Part shown: in pieces, positions 63,166 through 64,000 of the stretch | Numbering within the stretch: the first letter of the stretch is position 1 | How the letters are laid out: the number at the start of each line of letters is the position of its first letter | Position numbers and translations under genes: made by a program | From: an uncultured Chitinophagales bacterium | Lineage (GTDB): Bacteria > Bacteroidota > Ignavibacteria > UBA10030 > UBA6906 | Direction of reading: 5' to 3' | DNA: 64,000 bases | Assembly: GCA_964444145.1 (NCBI GenBank) | Contig: CAYUFU010000002.1 | Span: forward strand, 38,722-102,721 | The notes under the pieces: generated by a model | Databases searched by the model: none | Told to the model about the DNA's origin: nothing | What the model saw: only the letters and a program-made list of their open reading frames with translations

Positions 63166-64000
63166 ATGCGGCTGACGATGTTGTTGTGGGGGAGTGTTCT
63201 CCTTTCTTCCAATCTTCATGCTCAAGTCACGCTTCTCGGCTCCATCGCTCCGCCGCACGGAACGACCGGCGGCGTATCGTATGCGGGGTGTTGGGGCTAC
63301 GTCGCTCCCGACGGTCGCGAGTACGCAATCCTCGGCACCGCGACTGGTTGCTCGATCATTGACATCACCAACGCCGCTGCGCCTGTCGAAATCGGACACA
63401 TTGGAGGCGTTACTTCTCTGTGGAAAGAAGTGAGCGCCTATGACCACTACGCGTATTGCGTGTCGGACGTGAACGGTGCGCAAGGACTTCAAATCATCAA
63501 CCTCGCAAACCTGCCGACCAGCGTCGCACTCGATACAACCATCTTCAGTCTCGGCGGCTTCAGCATCGCGCAAGTTCATACGATTTCCATTCACAACGGC
63601 TTTTTGTATTTGAACGGAACGGGAAGCGGGATGATTATCGCGAGCCTCGCAGACCCTCGCCGTCCGCAGTATCTCGGTCGTTGGAATACGCGCTACACGC
63701 ACGATTCGTACACGCGCAACGACACGATCTTTGCCGCTTGTCTCTCGAATGGAGTCAACAGCGGACTCTATATTATCAACGCGACAAACAAAGCGGCGCC
63801 GACTATCATCGCGAGTATTCTCTACACTGGCGCGGGCACGCACAATGTTTGGCTCACGAAGGATCGTCGCTACGCCGTGACGACGGATGAAATCGGCTCG
63901 ACGGCAAAGAATCTGAAAGTGTGGAATCTGCAAAACCTCCCGACGGTTTCGACGACCCCCGTGGCAACCTTCAGCGTTACGCCGGCTGATATTGTGCATA
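63166..64000 (+). CDS. Secreted LVIVD-repeat beta-propeller protein (N-terminal 278 aa; continues past the window end)
   Basis: ATG 63166 after AAAGGAG. MRLTMLLWGSVLLSSNLHAQ signal. Repeats YAYCVSDVNGAQGLQIINLANLP, GFLYLNGTGSGMIIASLADPRRP, TIFAACLSNGVNSGLYIINATNKAAP, YAVTTDEIGSTAKNLKVWNLQNLP. The minus-strand ORF 63136..63999 in the track is its antisense shadow. Confidence 0.7.
   Translation, partial: MRLTMLLWGSVLLSSNLHAQVTLLGSIAPPHGTTGGVSYAGCWGYVAPDGREYAILGTATGCSIIDITNAAAPVEIGHIGGVTSLWKEVSAYDHYAYCVSDVNGAQGLQIINLANLPTSVALDTTIFSLGGFSIAQVHTISIHNGFLYLNGTGSGMIIASLADPRRPQYLGRWNTRYTHDSYTRNDTIFAACLSNGVNSGLYIINATNKAAPTIIASILYTGAGTHNVWLTKDRRYAVTTDEIGSTAKNLKVWNLQNLPTVSTTPVATFSVTPADIVH

Noticed and set aside
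63136-63999. 287-aa minus-strand ORF at the window end
   Set aside because: The plus strand encodes a signal-peptide-bearing LVIVD-repeat protein with an RBS. The minus ORF is Arg-rich shadow.

Overview
High-GC (~56-58%) bacterial chromosomal segment, densely coding on both strands. I call about 60 protein genes and one tRNA-Gly(CCC). I recognise no rRNA, CRISPR array, transposase or integrase. A type-IX-secretion C-terminal sorting domain at 23312-24793 points to an FCB-group organism (Bacteroidota/Ignavibacteriota/Rhodothermota-like), but that is an inference from one domain.

Housekeeping and accessory content includes:
- an AMP-dependent ligase (partial) and an APC amino-acid permease
- a secreted esterase and a PET-hydrolase/chlorophyllase-like hydrolase with a T9SS sorting domain
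- a TetR regulator with a TolC / membrane-fusion / RND efflux operon
- DsbD, TrmH, pgi, adenosine deaminase, SixA, urocanase, a VOC-family protein and a PP2C phosphatase
- on the minus strand, an operon of a DUF547 protein, a GT2 glycosyltransferase, a radical-SAM protein and an Omp85-like barrel.

The most unusual region is 3.7-17.1 kb. It encodes, in order:
- a lipoprotein with tandem GlcG/HbpS (haem-degrading-like) domains
- a 565-aa outer-membrane beta-barrel
- a 1237-aa decahaem c-type cytochrome fused to an LVIVD-repeat beta-propeller
- a small c-type cytochrome with a proline-rich tail
- a protein with two cyclic-nucleotide-binding domains fused to an NrfC/PsrB-like four-cluster [4Fe-4S] ferredoxin, translationally coupled (ATGA) to a His-rich membrane protein of 5 predicted TM helices
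- a second, membrane-anchored decahaem cytochrome.
This reads as a porin-cytochrome style (extracellular) electron-transfer module with a built-in cNMP sensor.

The intergenic gaps of this locus hold small cassettes resembling 23S-rRNA intervening sequences. Each carries a four-helix-bundle (TIGR02436-like) gene or a truncated GxxExxY gene, bracketed by short inverted or tandem repeats. These include GGATTGAT octamer arrays, which recur without a gene at 15300-15411 and 55409-55566.

A second notable cluster lies at 17.6-22.0 kb. It holds a double-FHA protein, a secreted FGE/SUMF1-family protein, and a 781-aa fusion of an FAD/NAD(P) oxidoreductase, two FHA domains and a [2Fe-2S] ferredoxin.

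Other points:
- DsbD is followed by a paralogous flavoprotein fused to a NapH-like membrane polyferredoxin.
- An AAA ATPase (DUF4143) gene is bracketed by ~30-bp palindromes between pgi and add.
- A ~65-nt structured intergenic element occurs twice (18.6 kb and 36.9 kb).
- A Tat-exported class-V PLP enzyme is paired with an exported RidA.

All functional calls rest on recognisable motifs in the translated ORFs. No database search was run.
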